DNA of 64,000 nucleotides from Candidatus Iainarchaeum sp. Lineage in GTDB: Archaea > B1Sed10-29 > WALL01. Below the pieces are notes generated by a model that saw only the letters and a list, made by a program, of their open reading frames with translations, was not told the DNA's origin and searched no databases. This document shows positions 8,320-17,757 of this stretch, in pieces (positions within the stretch are counted from its first letter, which is position 1; every line of letters begins with the position of its first letter). The translations under genes were made by a program, and so were the position numbers. The stretch covers positions 1 through 64,000 of the forward strand of contig JAGMCR010000009.1 of NCBI GenBank assembly GCA_023129115.1, read 5' to 3'.

Positions 8320-9840
8320 ATGAAAACAGCTTTCAAAGTCAAGTGCGTAGACTTGTCCACGGCAGGGGTGCGCGTGGTCGTGCTCAACAGGGAGGACGCG
8401 CGGGACTTGGACCTGAAGGCGATGGACCGCGTGGAGCTGTCGACTGATGGGCGCCAGCCAGTAACCTGCATCGTTGACCTGACGGACACGTTCGTCCCGC
8501 CGGGGATAGTGGGGCTGTTCAAGGAGGCCTACACGCGGGGCGGCCTCAGCGACAGGGACCAGGTCTACATCACGCCGAAGGGGAAGCCGACGAGCCTGCG
8601 CTACATCAAGGAGAAAATGGCTGGGAAGCCCCACACCGAAGAGGAAATCAATGGCATCATCCATGACCTGATGAACGAGGAGCTCAGCGACGTGGAGCTC
8701 ACGGGCTGGATTTCGTCTATTTACATCCGGGGCCTTGAGAAGGAAGAGACTATTGCCCTCACGAAGGCCATTGTCGCGTCCGGGACGACGCTCGACCTGC
8801 GGGAGAAAAGGGTTTTTGACAAGCACTGCATCGGCGGAGTCGCCGGGAACAGGACCACGATGATTGTGGTGCCGATTATTGCCGCGGCGGGTTTGACGTG
8901 CCCCAAGACATCGAGCCGCGCGATTACTTCGCCGGCGGGGACTGCGGACACTATGGAAGTGCTTGCGCCGGTGAACCTGAACAAGGACGACATCGAGGAA
9001 GTCGTGAACAAGATTGGCGCGTGCATCGTGTGGGGAGGCGCAGTGAACTTGGCTGCGGCGGACGACAAGCTGATTCGAATTCGCCATCCGTTGTCGCTTG
9101 ACCCGCGCGGCATGCTTTTGGCGTCAATCATGGCGAAGAAGAAGGCCGTGGGCGCGACGGACGTGATTATTGACATTCCGGTGGGCGTGGGCGCGAAAAT
9201 CAAGAGCCCAGACGAGGCCACTATCCTGGCGAAGCAGTTCAACGCGCTCGGGGCTTCGCTCGGGATGAACATCCACTCGCTTTTGACGAACGGCGACCAC
9301 CCGATTGGGCTCGCGGTCGGGCCGACGATTGAGGCGCGGGAGACGCTGCGGATTCTCAATGGCGAGAATGTTTCGCCTGAGCTGATTGAGAAGAGCGTGC
9401 AGCTTGCGGGAGTATTGCTCGAGATTGGGGAGAAGGCTGCGCAGGGGCAGGGCCGGGAGATGGCGCTGAACCTTATCCGGAGCGGCAAGGCGGGGGAGAA
9501 GTTCAGGAAAATGATTGAGCAGCAGGGCGGCGACGGCAGCATCAAGGTAGAAAGTATTCCAATTGGCGAATATGACCACACCGTGGTCGCGCAGCGCGAG
9601 GGGCGGATTGAGCAGGTGAACAACCGCGGGATTTCTGCGGTGGTGCGGAACGCGGGTGCGCCGAGAGACAAGGTGGCGGGCATGTATTTGCATGTGGAAG
9701 AGGGCGACCGCGTGAAGAAGGGCCAGCCGCTGTTCACAGTGTACGCGAAGAGCGAGAGAAAAATCGAGCAGGCGCTGGAGGCGTACAAGCAGCACGAGCC
9801 AATCAAGTTCGCGAGAATTATCCTGCAGACGCTGGACTAG
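8320..9840 (+). CDS. deoA: AMP phosphorylase (archaeal DeoA-like)
   Basis: DKHCIGGVAGNRTT, KTSSRAITSPAGTAD motifs; N-terminal extra domain. Confidence 0.95.
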   Translation: MKTAFKVKCVDLSTAGVRVVVLNREDARDLDLKAMDRVELSTDGRQPVTCIVDLTDTFVPPGIVGLFKEAYTRGGLSDRDQVYITPKGKPTSLRYIKEKMAGKPHTEEEINGIIHDLMNEELSDVELTGWISSIYIRGLEKEETIALTKAIVASGTTLDLREKRVFDKHCIGGVAGNRTTMIVVPIIAAAGLTCPKTSSRAITSPAGTADTMEVLAPVNLNKDDIEEVVNKIGACIVWGGAVNLAAADDKLIRIRHPLSLDPRGMLLASIMAKKKAVGATDVIIDIPVGVGAKIKSPDEATILAKQFNALGASLGMNIHSLLTNGDHPIGLAVGPTIEARETLRILNGENVSPELIEKSVQLAGVLLEIGEKAAQGQGREMALNLIRSGKAGEKFRKMIEQQGGDGSIKVESIPIGEYDHTVVAQREGRIEQVNNRGISAVVRNAGAPRDKVAGMYLHVEEGDRVKKGQPLFTVYAKSERKIEQALEAYKQHEPIKFARIILQTLD

Positions 9841-11102
9841 AACTTACAAAACTTCTGCGCTTTCTTCAAAGTGTTTTTTTCGTTTAGCCGCAGGATTTTC
9901 TGGTCGCGCATCACGAGTTCGCCGTTGATAATTGAGTGGATGACGGGAGAGTCCGCGAACAATGCCTTTTGCAAGAGCGAAGAGTCGTCCTGCGGCACCA
10001 CGCGGTCGCGCATCGAGACCACTACAAGGTCGGCGAGCGAGCCCGGGGCCAAAGTTCCTGTGGCGTGGCCGTACAGCCGCGAGTTGAACGCCATCGAAAG
10101 CAATTGCTTCAGCGACAACTGCTTGCCAAGCGTCTGCTGCAGCAGCAAGGCGTTCGACAATTCGCGCCGCAGGTCATTGCTCATGTTCGCCACGGGGTGG
10201 TCGACCCCAAGGCCCACCGCGACGCCCGCCTCAAGCATGTCCGCCACAGGCGCAATCCCCGTGCCGAGGTTCAGGTTCGCCGTCGGGCAGTGCACCACAG
10301 TCACGCGGCTTTTGGAGAGGAGGAGCACGTCCTTCTTGGAGACATTGACCGCGTGCACTGCCAGGGAGTGGTCGCTCAACACGCCGAGGTCGTACAGGTA
10401 GCGCACGCTTGTCTTGCCAGTTCGTTGTAATACAAATCCTTTTTCGCCGAGCGACTCCGCAACGTGCAGGTGCACGCCGGTGTGGTTCTCGACCGCGAGC
10501 TGCCTCACGGTCTTGATTAAGCTCTCGGTCGCCTCGACCTCGTTCGCGAGGCCGAACATTCCCGACAAAAGAGGGTGGTCCTCGAGGCGCTTGACCAGCC
10601 ACTCGTTTTCCGGCAGGGACTTGCAGTCAAAAGTTGCGCTGGTCTTGATGTCGCGGTCCTTGAGCGCGAGCGCCATCGTCCCGCGGAGGCCGAGGCGGTC
10701 CAATGCCTTCAGCACGGGCTTCGACCACCTCGCGTTGATGTTGTTGATGGTGGTGGTGCCGGTGTGCAGGAACTCGAGGCCGGCGACCAGCGCGCCGAGG
10801 TAGGCGTGGTTGTCCGTCATTTTTTTCTCGAGGGGAAACAAGACGTTTTCGAACATCTCGAAGAGGGGCATGCCCACACCAAAGCCCTGGGCGAGGCCGA
10901 GCGCCATGTGGGTGTGCGCGTTGATGAAGCCGGGCATCACGAGGCAGCCCGTGGCGTCAATCCGGTCGTAGCGCTTGTGCGACTTGCGCATCTTTTCCTT
11001 GCCGCCGACGCCGGTGATAACAGTGTCCTCGACCGCCACGGACTGCTCCCTCAGGGAGTAGTTGGGCTGGAGGACTTTGCCGTTTTCGATTAACAGAGAC
11101 AC
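9837..11102 (-). CDS. Metal-dependent amidohydrolase, MTA/SAH (nucleoside) deaminase family
   Basis: PGFINAHTH, HLHVAE, HAV, HCP, GLGVD motifs; probable GTG start at 11102. Confidence 0.85.
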   Translation of the reverse strand: MSLLIENGKVLQPNYSLREQSVAVEDTVITGVGGKEKMRKSHKRYDRIDATGCLVMPGFINAHTHMALGLAQGFGVGMPLFEMFENVLFPLEKKMTDNHAYLGALVAGLEFLHTGTTTINNINARWSKPVLKALDRLGLRGTMALALKDRDIKTSATFDCKSLPENEWLVKRLEDHPLLSGMFGLANEVEATESLIKTVRQLAVENHTGVHLHVAESLGEKGFVLQRTGKTSVRYLYDLGVLSDHSLAVHAVNVSKKDVLLLSKSRVTVVHCPTANLNLGTGIAPVADMLEAGVAVGLGVDHPVANMSNDLRRELSNALLLQQTLGKQLSLKQLLSMAFNSRLYGHATGTLAPGSLADLVVVSMRDRVVPQDDSSLLQKALFADSPVIHSIINGELVMRDQKILRLNEKNTLKKAQKFCKF

Positions 11103-11164
11103 GCTTAAACACCACAAATGACGAGGTTATCTTTATATCCGGTGCTGGTTTTTAAAGATACACC

Positions 11165-11692
11165 ATGATGGAAATACGCTTTCACGGGCGCGGCGGGCAG
11201 GGCGCCGTTACGGCAGCAGAAGTCCTTGCGGTCGCAGCATTCAAGGACGGCAAGTACGCGCAGGCCTTCGGCAAGTTCGGGCCGGAGCGCCGCGGCGCGC
11301 CGGTCCAGTCCTTCACGCGGATTAGCGACGAGCCGATTAGGATTAGGCAGGAGGTCTACGAGCCAGACTGTGTCGTGGTGCTGGACGCGAGCCTCATGAA
11401 GGTCGTGGACGTCAGGGAAGGGCTCAAGGAAGGCGGCATCCTGATAATCAACACTGGCGAAGAAGTCGCCGGCGCGTGGGCCGTCGACGCCACCCAAATC
11501 GCCATGGACGTAATCGGCAAGCCCATAGTGAACACGGCGATGCTCGGCGCGTTCAACAAGGCCAGCGAGTGCGCGGTCACGCTGGACTCGCTCACCGAGG
11601 CAATCAAGGAAAGGTTCCCGGGGAAAATCGGGGAACTCAATTCAAAAGCGATAGTGAAGGCCAGCGAGGGCTGCGCCTGCTGTGAGGTGTGA
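11165..11692 (+). CDS. porG: Pyruvate/2-oxoacid:ferredoxin oxidoreductase gamma subunit
   Basis: [24 protein letters not shown]. Confidence 0.95.
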   Translation: MMEIRFHGRGGQGAVTAAEVLAVAAFKDGKYAQAFGKFGPERRGAPVQSFTRISDEPIRIRQEVYEPDCVVVLDASLMKVVDVREGLKEGGILIINTGEEVAGAWAVDATQIAMDVIGKPIVNTAMLGAFNKASECAVTLDSLTEAIKERFPGKIGELNSKAIVKASEGCACCEV

Positions 11693-11946
11693 AGATGGTC
11701 GGTGGCGTGGTGACAAAGGTTGGGAGCCTGGACTCCAACAAAACGGGGAGCTGGCGGAGCTTCAGGCCGGTGATTGACAGGGAAAAGTGCATCGGATGTG
11801 GGCTGTGCAAGAAGTTCTGCCCCGACGTCTGCATAGAAATCAAGGACAAGAAGGCAGAGGTCGACTACGACTACTGCAAGGGGTGCCTGATTTGCAAGAG
11901 CGTGTGCCCTGTCCAGGCGATATCGTCGGAAGAGGAGGAGAAGTAG
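11689..11946 (+). CDS. porD: Oxidoreductase delta subunit (2x[4Fe-4S])
   Basis: KTGSWR, CxxCxxCxxxCP twice. Confidence 0.95.
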   Translation: MKMVGGVVTKVGSLDSNKTGSWRSFRPVIDREKCIGCGLCKKFCPDVCIEIKDKKAEVDYDYCKGCLICKSVCPVQAISSEEEEK

Positions 11947-13065
11947 ATGGTGAAAAAGATTGCCGAGGGGAGCCACGCCGTGGCAGAAGTCGTGCGGCTT
12001 CTGAACCCGGACGTGCTGGCAATGTACCCAATCACTCCGTCGACACATATCCCTGAGCGGCTGAGCGACTTCGAGTCCGACGGGGAATTGGATGGCACGA
12101 TAATCCGTGTCGACTCAGAGTTTTCGGCGATGTCCGCGCTCGTGGGCGCGAGCGCGACTGGCGTGAGGACGTACACGGCGACGAGCAGCCAAGGGCTGGC
12201 ACTAATGCACGAGGTCTTGTTCGTCGCGTCCGCGATGAGGCTGCCGATTGTCATCACGGTCGTGAACCGCGCGCTTAGCGCGCCATTGAATATCTTTAAC
12301 GACTGGCAGGACTCGATTAGCGAGCGCGACTCGGGATGGATACAGATGTACGGAGAGGACTCGCAGGAAGTCGCGGACCTGATGGTGCAGGCGTACCGCA
12401 TCGCGGAAGACAAGAGGGTGCTGCTGCCGGTCATGGTGTGCATGGACGGCTTTTTCTTGAGCCATACCTACGACGTGATTGACGTGCCCGAGGACCTGAA
12501 GGGGTTCGTGCCTCCGTACAAGCCAGAGCACGCGTACCTGGACCCGAAGAGGCCGCAGACGCAGGGCGCGTGGGCCATGCAGGAGCCCTACTTCGAGCTG
12601 AGGAAAGAGCTGGAGGAGGCGGTGGGCGCGGCGCTGCCAGTGATAAAAGAGGTTCATGACGAGTTTGCGAAAGTGTTCGGCCGAAGTTATGGGGGCGGGG
12701 CCATTGATGTCTATGGCGAGGGCGACACTGTCGTTGTGTCCATGGGCAGCGTGTGCACCAACCTAAAGGTCCTTGCCGACAGGCTGGGCTTCCAGGTGGT
12801 GCGCGTGAGGTGCTACCGGCCGTTCCCGGCCGAAGACGTTAAGAAGGCGCTGGAGGGGAAGAAGGCGGTTGCGGTGTTCGAGAAGGACGTTGCGTACGGC
12901 ACTGGCCACGGCGCGCTCTACAACGACGTGCGGGCGTGCACGACGGGCAAGGCAGTGAACTTCATCGTCGGGCTCGGCGGGCTGGACGTCCCAATCAATG
13001 CACTGGAGAAGATGTGCGGGGAGATAGATGCCATGAATGACGGCGAGACGAGGTGGCAGAGATGA
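11947..13065 (+). CDS. porA: Oxidoreductase alpha subunit
   Basis: YPITPST, SEFSAMS, TATSSQGL. Confidence 0.95.
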   Translation: MVKKIAEGSHAVAEVVRLLNPDVLAMYPITPSTHIPERLSDFESDGELDGTIIRVDSEFSAMSALVGASATGVRTYTATSSQGLALMHEVLFVASAMRLPIVITVVNRALSAPLNIFNDWQDSISERDSGWIQMYGEDSQEVADLMVQAYRIAEDKRVLLPVMVCMDGFFLSHTYDVIDVPEDLKGFVPPYKPEHAYLDPKRPQTQGAWAMQEPYFELRKELEEAVGAALPVIKEVHDEFAKVFGRSYGGGAIDVYGEGDTVVVSMGSVCTNLKVLADRLGFQVVRVRCYRPFPAEDVKKALEGKKAVAVFEKDVAYGTGHGALYNDVRACTTGKAVNFIVGLGGLDVPINALEKMCGEIDAMNDGETRWQR

Positions 13066-13151
13066 CTATGATGCCTCTGGGGGCATCTGTTGATGCCCCC
13101 AAGTCTACCGCGCCAGCTGAGGTTTCGGCTGAGATGAGGTGGCAGAGATGA
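13045..13151. mobile_element. 65-bp hairpin insert (13066-13130) bracketed by 21-bp direct repeats
   Basis: GAGACGAGGTGGCAGAGATGA (13045-13065) vs GAGATGAGGTGGCAGAGATGA (13131-13151), 20/21; internal GGGGGCATC-TGTT-GATGCCCCC. Confidence 0.65.
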
Positions 13152-14035
13152 GTAGTGAAGTTATTTCGTCTGGGCACTCGGCTTGCGCCGGGTGCGGCGA
13201 AATCATTGGCGAGCGCATGGTGCTCGAGGCGCTGGGCAAGGACGTGATTGTTTGCCAGGCGACGGGGTGCATGGAAATCACTACAACGCCTTATCCGCGG
13301 ACCGCGTTCAAGGTGCCGTGGCTGCACGTGACTTTCGAGAACGCGGCGTCTGCCGCCAGCGGGATTGTCGAGGCCGACAGGAAGCTCGGCCGCAATACCA
13401 CTGTCGTGGCCATCGGCGGCGACGGCGGCATGATGGACATCGGGGTTCGCGCCTTGAGCGGGGTGATGGAGCGGGGCCACGACCTGATGCTGGTCGTGAC
13501 CGATAACGAGGCGTACATGAACACCGGGATACAGCGGTCGAGCGGCACGCCGAAGTACGCGGCGACTACGACTACTCCGGCGGGCAGCGTTGTGCCTGGG
13601 AAGAGGGAGTGGAAGAAGAGCATTTCGAGGATTGCGATTGCGCACGGGATTCCGTACGTCGCGACGGCAAGCATTGGGTTCCCCGAGGACCTGGTGGCCA
13701 AGGTAAAGAAGGCCCAGGGCATCAAGGGCCCAAAGCTGCTGCACATTTACACGCCGTGCCCTGTGGGGTGGGGGTATGACTCGAGCAAGACGGTTTACTA
13801 CGCCAAGAAGATTGTCGAGACCGGGCTGTGGCCGCTTTACGAGATAGAGAACGGGAAGCTCACGATAAGCCAGAGGCCGACGTTCGCGCCGCTGGAAGAA
13901 TATTTCACTGGCCAGAAGCGGTACAAGCACATCAAGCCCGAGCACATCAAGGAAGTCAGTGAGCGCGTCAAGGCTGGCTGGAAAGAACTGGAAAAGCAGG
14001 AGAAGGCCGGCGTCGACTTGATGCTTCTTCCCTAG
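13148..14035 (+). CDS. porB: Oxidoreductase beta subunit (TPP-binding)
   Basis: GHSACAGCG, GGDGG..DIG, DNEAYMNTGIQRS, PCPVGW. Confidence 0.95.
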   Translation: MSSEVISSGHSACAGCGEIIGERMVLEALGKDVIVCQATGCMEITTTPYPRTAFKVPWLHVTFENAASAASGIVEADRKLGRNTTVVAIGGDGGMMDIGVRALSGVMERGHDLMLVVTDNEAYMNTGIQRSSGTPKYAATTTTPAGSVVPGKREWKKSISRIAIAHGIPYVATASIGFPEDLVAKVKKAQGIKGPKLLHIYTPCPVGWGYDSSKTVYYAKKIVETGLWPLYEIENGKLTISQRPTFAPLEEYFTGQKRYKHIKPEHIKEVSERVKAGWKELEKQEKAGVDLMLLP

Positions 14036-15600
14036 AGCCCTGCCTCGAGCTGTGACTTTAGCTGGCCGAGCTTCTGGATTATTTCCTTGGTCTTGGCGAG
14101 GTTTTGCAGCGAGACTGAGGTCTCGAGCGACACCAGGCCGATGTCTGTTTTTGCGACGAGCAGGTTGAGTGCGGAGACGTCCTGCCCCGCTGCCTTGCCT
14201 GTGGTGATTTTGCTTTTGGCGCTGGCGAGCGTGTCCTTCAGGAAGTCGGCGACGTCCTTGCCAAGCTTTTGCCAGAGGGCTTTTGCGTCCTCTGGCGACG
14301 CCGCGGTGTTCAGCTTCTTCTCGAATCCGGTGAACGTGTCAAGCACGGCCTTGTCTGCCTCGCCTCCCTTCAGCGCCTTCCTGAGCTCCAGCATTTTGGT
14401 CCTGACGTCTTTTTGGGCGGGCGCCGCGGCGCGCCTCGGCTTTGCGGCCTTGCCCTCAAGCTGCTCGAACTCTTTCTCGAAGTCCTGCCTGGAGAGTGTC
14501 GCGAGCACGGCCTTGCGGACCAGTTCTTTCATCCCGCGGTCGAATTCCACGAGCTGCTGCTGTGTCTCTAGGAGGTCGCGCTCCTGGCGCTGCAGCGACT
14601 CCACGCGGTCCGCGAGCATGCCCATGGTGCCGCTGAACTCGTCAATCCTTTTGCCGAAGTCCCTTGACTTGATTTCCTTTGCCAGCGCCGCGAGGTCTGT
14701 GCGGATGTCGTGGACCTCTTGTAGGTTTTCGGTGTTGCGCTCCCCCCACTCCACGAGCTTTGTCTGGAGGCCCAAGACGGACTCGTTTAGGGTGTTCAGC
14801 TCCACGCGCTCCTTCCCGACCGCGGAGTAAAGGTCCTCGAACTCCTCGTTGTGCTTGACGATTGTCTTCTTGAGCTCCTCGAACTTGTCGATGGAGCCCG
14901 CGACCTGGCCCATCTGGCCCATGGTGCGCTCCATTTCCTTCTTGAGCTTTTCGCCGACCTGGGCCTGGGACTCGATGGCGGCGACGCGCTTCAGGAGCGC
15001 GTTTAGCTCTTTGGCGTTGCTCATGCTTTCCTTGTGCCACGCCTCGAGCTCGGTCTTGAGGGTCCGGAGGAATTCCTCTCCCTCTTTGGTCTCGGCCGCC
15101 ATCTTGCGCGGCGCGGCCTTGACCTCTTCCTTGAGTGACGTGAGCTCTTCGTCGTGCCGCTGGTCGGTGCTGTCGGACGACGCAGAGAGCTCCTCGAGCT
15201 TTTTCTGCAGCTCGATTATGCGTTCTTTTTCCGTCTGCAGCTTGGAAAGCTGCTCCTCGATGGCGGCCCTCGCCTCGGGGGCTGCCTGCGAAAGCGGGAG
15301 CTTTGCGAGTGTCTCCATTTGGGCCTGGAGCCTGGCGAGCTCTGCCTTTGTCTCCGGCGGCATCGTGGGCTTCTTGGCCGCCATCTGCTGGACCTTCGTG
15401 GCCAGGCCCGCAATCTCCTGCTGGAGCTCGGGGGGGATTGCAGTCTTCTGGGAAAGCAGCTCGAGCCGCTTGTTCAGCGCCGCGATTGAGGTCTGGTTCC
15501 TCTTGCTCTCGTCGTGCCACTCCTGCAGCTCGTCCTTTATGGACTTGAGGGAGATGGCGAGCTTCTGCATCACTTGCGCCGTAGAAACGTCTTCTGGCAT
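14032..15600 (-). CDS. Long coiled-coil protein of unknown function
   Basis: 522 aa heptad-rich; three L..W..E..N repeats; no Walker motifs or TM segment. Confidence 0.85.
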   Translation of the reverse strand: MPEDVSTAQVMQKLAISLKSIKDELQEWHDESKRNQTSIAALNKRLELLSQKTAIPPELQQEIAGLATKVQQMAAKKPTMPPETKAELARLQAQMETLAKLPLSQAAPEARAAIEEQLSKLQTEKERIIELQKKLEELSASSDSTDQRHDEELTSLKEEVKAAPRKMAAETKEGEEFLRTLKTELEAWHKESMSNAKELNALLKRVAAIESQAQVGEKLKKEMERTMGQMGQVAGSIDKFEELKKTIVKHNEEFEDLYSAVGKERVELNTLNESVLGLQTKLVEWGERNTENLQEVHDIRTDLAALAKEIKSRDFGKRIDEFSGTMGMLADRVESLQRQERDLLETQQQLVEFDRGMKELVRKAVLATLSRQDFEKEFEQLEGKAAKPRRAAAPAQKDVRTKMLELRKALKGGEADKAVLDTFTGFEKKLNTAASPEDAKALWQKLGKDVADFLKDTLASAKSKITTGKAAGQDVSALNLLVAKTDIGLVSLETSVSLQNLAKTKEIIQKLGQLKSQLEAGL

Positions 15601-15639
15601 CGAATCAGGGTAAGATAACCACGGAGGGTTTATAAATAT

Positions 15640-16299
15640 TTACTTTCTAAGGCGGGAGAGCACCACAGCGATGCCTTTGGCCTCTCCGCCAGAGATAAAG
15701 GCGCGGGAGACCACGTTCCGGAACATTTTGACTGCATTCTCGGGGTTGCGGAGGCCGCTTGACTCGGCGGCCCCGGTGAACAGGCGGACAAGGGTTTTCT
15801 TCTCCATCCTGTCGGACTGGCGGCGCGTGCTGGCTTTGGAGGAAAAGAGCTCGTAGAAGACGATGGCGGCGGCGTGGGTGATGTTCATGACGCGGTAGCC
15901 CGGGCACTCGATGTGGACCACGGTGTCGCACGCGCGGAGCTCTTTGTTGGTGAGGCCGCGGGACTCGCGGCCGAACACGAGGGCGTAACGGCCTTTCGCG
16001 CGGGCAGAGGCGAGCTCGCGGGGAGTGAGGTAGGAGCGGGTGGTGTTGTTGTCCGTGCTTGGCTTCGCGGTTGTGGCGATTACCTCGTCGAACCCGGTGA
16101 CGGCTTCGGAAAATGTTTTTACGGTGCGGGCCTTCTCGAGTATTTTGGTGGAGTGCATGGCGCGGGCGCGGGTCATGGCAGTCATGTCGCATGGGTTCAC
16201 TAGGACCAGGTCGGAAAGGGAGAAGTTGTTCATGGCCCGGGCTACGAATCCGATTGTGCCGGGGTTTTCTGGTTCAACAAGTATGATTGTCCAACTCAT
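15640..16299 (-). CDS. trmJ: tRNA/rRNA 2'-O-methyltransferase, TrmJ/LasT (SPOUT)
   Basis: IILVEPENPGTIGFVARAMNNF, LVFGRESRGLTNKEL, MNITHA; ATG at 16299. Confidence 0.9.
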   Translation of the reverse strand: MSWTIILVEPENPGTIGFVARAMNNFSLSDLVLVNPCDMTAMTRARAMHSTKILEKARTVKTFSEAVTGFDEVIATTAKPSTDNNTTRSYLTPRELASARAKGRYALVFGRESRGLTNKELRACDTVVHIECPGYRVMNITHAAAIVFYELFSSKASTRRQSDRMEKKTLVRLFTGAAESSGLRNPENAVKMFRNVVSRAFISGGEAKGIAVVLSRLRK

Positions 16300-16316
16300 C
16301 CAGCTGCCTCTCTTAA

Positions 16317-16346
16317 GGGGGGCTACGCCAATTGGCGTAGCCCCCC
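16317..16346. repeat. G/C-tract hairpin element, perfect 30-bp palindrome
   Basis: GGGGGGCTACGCCAATTGGCGTAGCCCCCC; smaller GGGG-ATTAA-CCCCC hairpin at 16354-16367. Confidence 0.85.
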
Positions 16347-16425
16347 AAGTTGTGGGGATTAACCCCCATAGTACGCGGCACAAAAGCACCTAGATTTTTA
16401 TACTCATAGCTTGTATTCCACCTCA

Positions 16426-17757
16426 ATGAAAAGGATTGCGGTAATGCTCTTGCTGCTTTTGGCTGTGGCAGCGGCAGAAGAAGTGTCACTGAACCGCGCC
16501 GCCACGCTCGCGGTCGTGGAATTCCCCAACCTCGAGACCCAGCCCCAGAGCATTCCCAGCCAGCTCGCCGTCACCGATAGCGGGAGCTACTGGATAGTCG
16601 AGTTCGACGGCACGTGGGTGCCGGTCACGCGCGAGGGCGAGGTGCTGAAGGAAGAGGAAGAAGAGATAAAGGCCGCGTACCGCGTGCACTACGCGCTCAA
16701 GAAGGTGGTGGAGCAGCGCGACTCCGACCAGTACCCCACCACCAAGGACATGTCGCTCACGCTTATGCTCGGCGACATCGAGGGCAAGGAGACCTACCTC
16801 GTGTCGTACCGCAGCCAGCTCCCAACAGAGCTGCAGGGCGACGCCGACGAACTGGTTGCGGCGGCGCAGGCGCTCAAGGCCTCGGTACAGGGCTCCATCA
16901 ACGCCATAACCATGCTGCGCGCCAGGGAAAATGAAGTGCTGTACAGCCCAGCGGACTACGCGGCGTTCGAGTCGTGGCGCGGGGACTTCAACTCCCTGAT
17001 GAGTTCGTTCCAGCAGGTCGCGGCAAAGGGCTATGCCTACGACGACGGGCGGACCGCGTTTAATTTGGCGGCGCAGGACTTCCTGAACCAGAGCACTGAC
17101 GCCACCGAGAACCAAATCGTGCAGGCGTTCGCGAGCGGAATCTCGATATCCAACATTCCAGGGTCACTGCCCGGGCTCGAGGGCACGGTCAGCCAGTGGA
17201 AGGTGAACTGGCTCGACGTAACCCTCACGGACGCGAAGATAAACAAGAGCGTGGGAGAGATTTACATAATTTACCAGGAGTTCTACAGCGGCGAGACAGT
17301 GGACGTGCTCCAGCAGCAGGCCTACGAAAAGGTGCAGGGCCTAGCGGTCACCGTGCCGCTGATTGTGGGCGACCTGATGCAGTGCGAGGACGACCTCAGC
17401 GCCAGGGAGCAGACCGACCTCCACGAGCTGAACGAGACGTACGAGAGGGCGGTGAAGAGCTACAACGAGGGCGCGGACTGGGAGCGGGCGCGCGAGGACG
17501 GGAAGGCCAGGACCGCGTACCTCAACGCCGTGAGCTATGCCGAGGACGCGGCCGAGCTGGAGGCCGGGCTCAGGGACGTCGAGTGCCCCAGGGCCACGCC
17601 GAAGCCCCCGGGCGGCGACACGCTCATGGACTTCCTCACGTCTGGGTGGGGCATCGCGTTCATTGTCCTGGTGCTGCTGCTGGTCGGGCTCTACGTGTGG
17701 AACAGCAGGAAAAAGGAGGAGACGTACGATGAAGGCGAATATGTTCCTGATTGGTAG
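16426..17757 (+). CDS. Secreted helical protein with C-terminal membrane anchor
   Basis: Signal peptide MKRIAVMLLLLLAVAAA; C-terminal TM followed by RKK. Confidence 0.85.
   Translation: MKRIAVMLLLLLAVAAAEEVSLNRAATLAVVEFPNLETQPQSIPSQLAVTDSGSYWIVEFDGTWVPVTREGEVLKEEEEEIKAAYRVHYALKKVVEQRDSDQYPTTKDMSLTLMLGDIEGKETYLVSYRSQLPTELQGDADELVAAAQALKASVQGSINAITMLRARENEVLYSPADYAAFESWRGDFNSLMSSFQQVAAKGYAYDDGRTAFNLAAQDFLNQSTDATENQIVQAFASGISISNIPGSLPGLEGTVSQWKVNWLDVTLTDAKINKSVGEIYIIYQEFYSGETVDVLQQQAYEKVQGLAVTVPLIVGDLMQCEDDLSAREQTDLHELNETYERAVKSYNEGADWERAREDGKARTAYLNAVSYAEDAAELEAGLRDVECPRATPKPPGGDTLMDFLTSGWGIAFIVLVLLLVGLYVWNSRKKEETYDEGEYVPDW

Noticed and set aside
14032-15600. Coiled-coil protein as Rad50/SMC partner of Mre11
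   Set aside because: No Walker A/B, signature motif, zinc hook or hinge.
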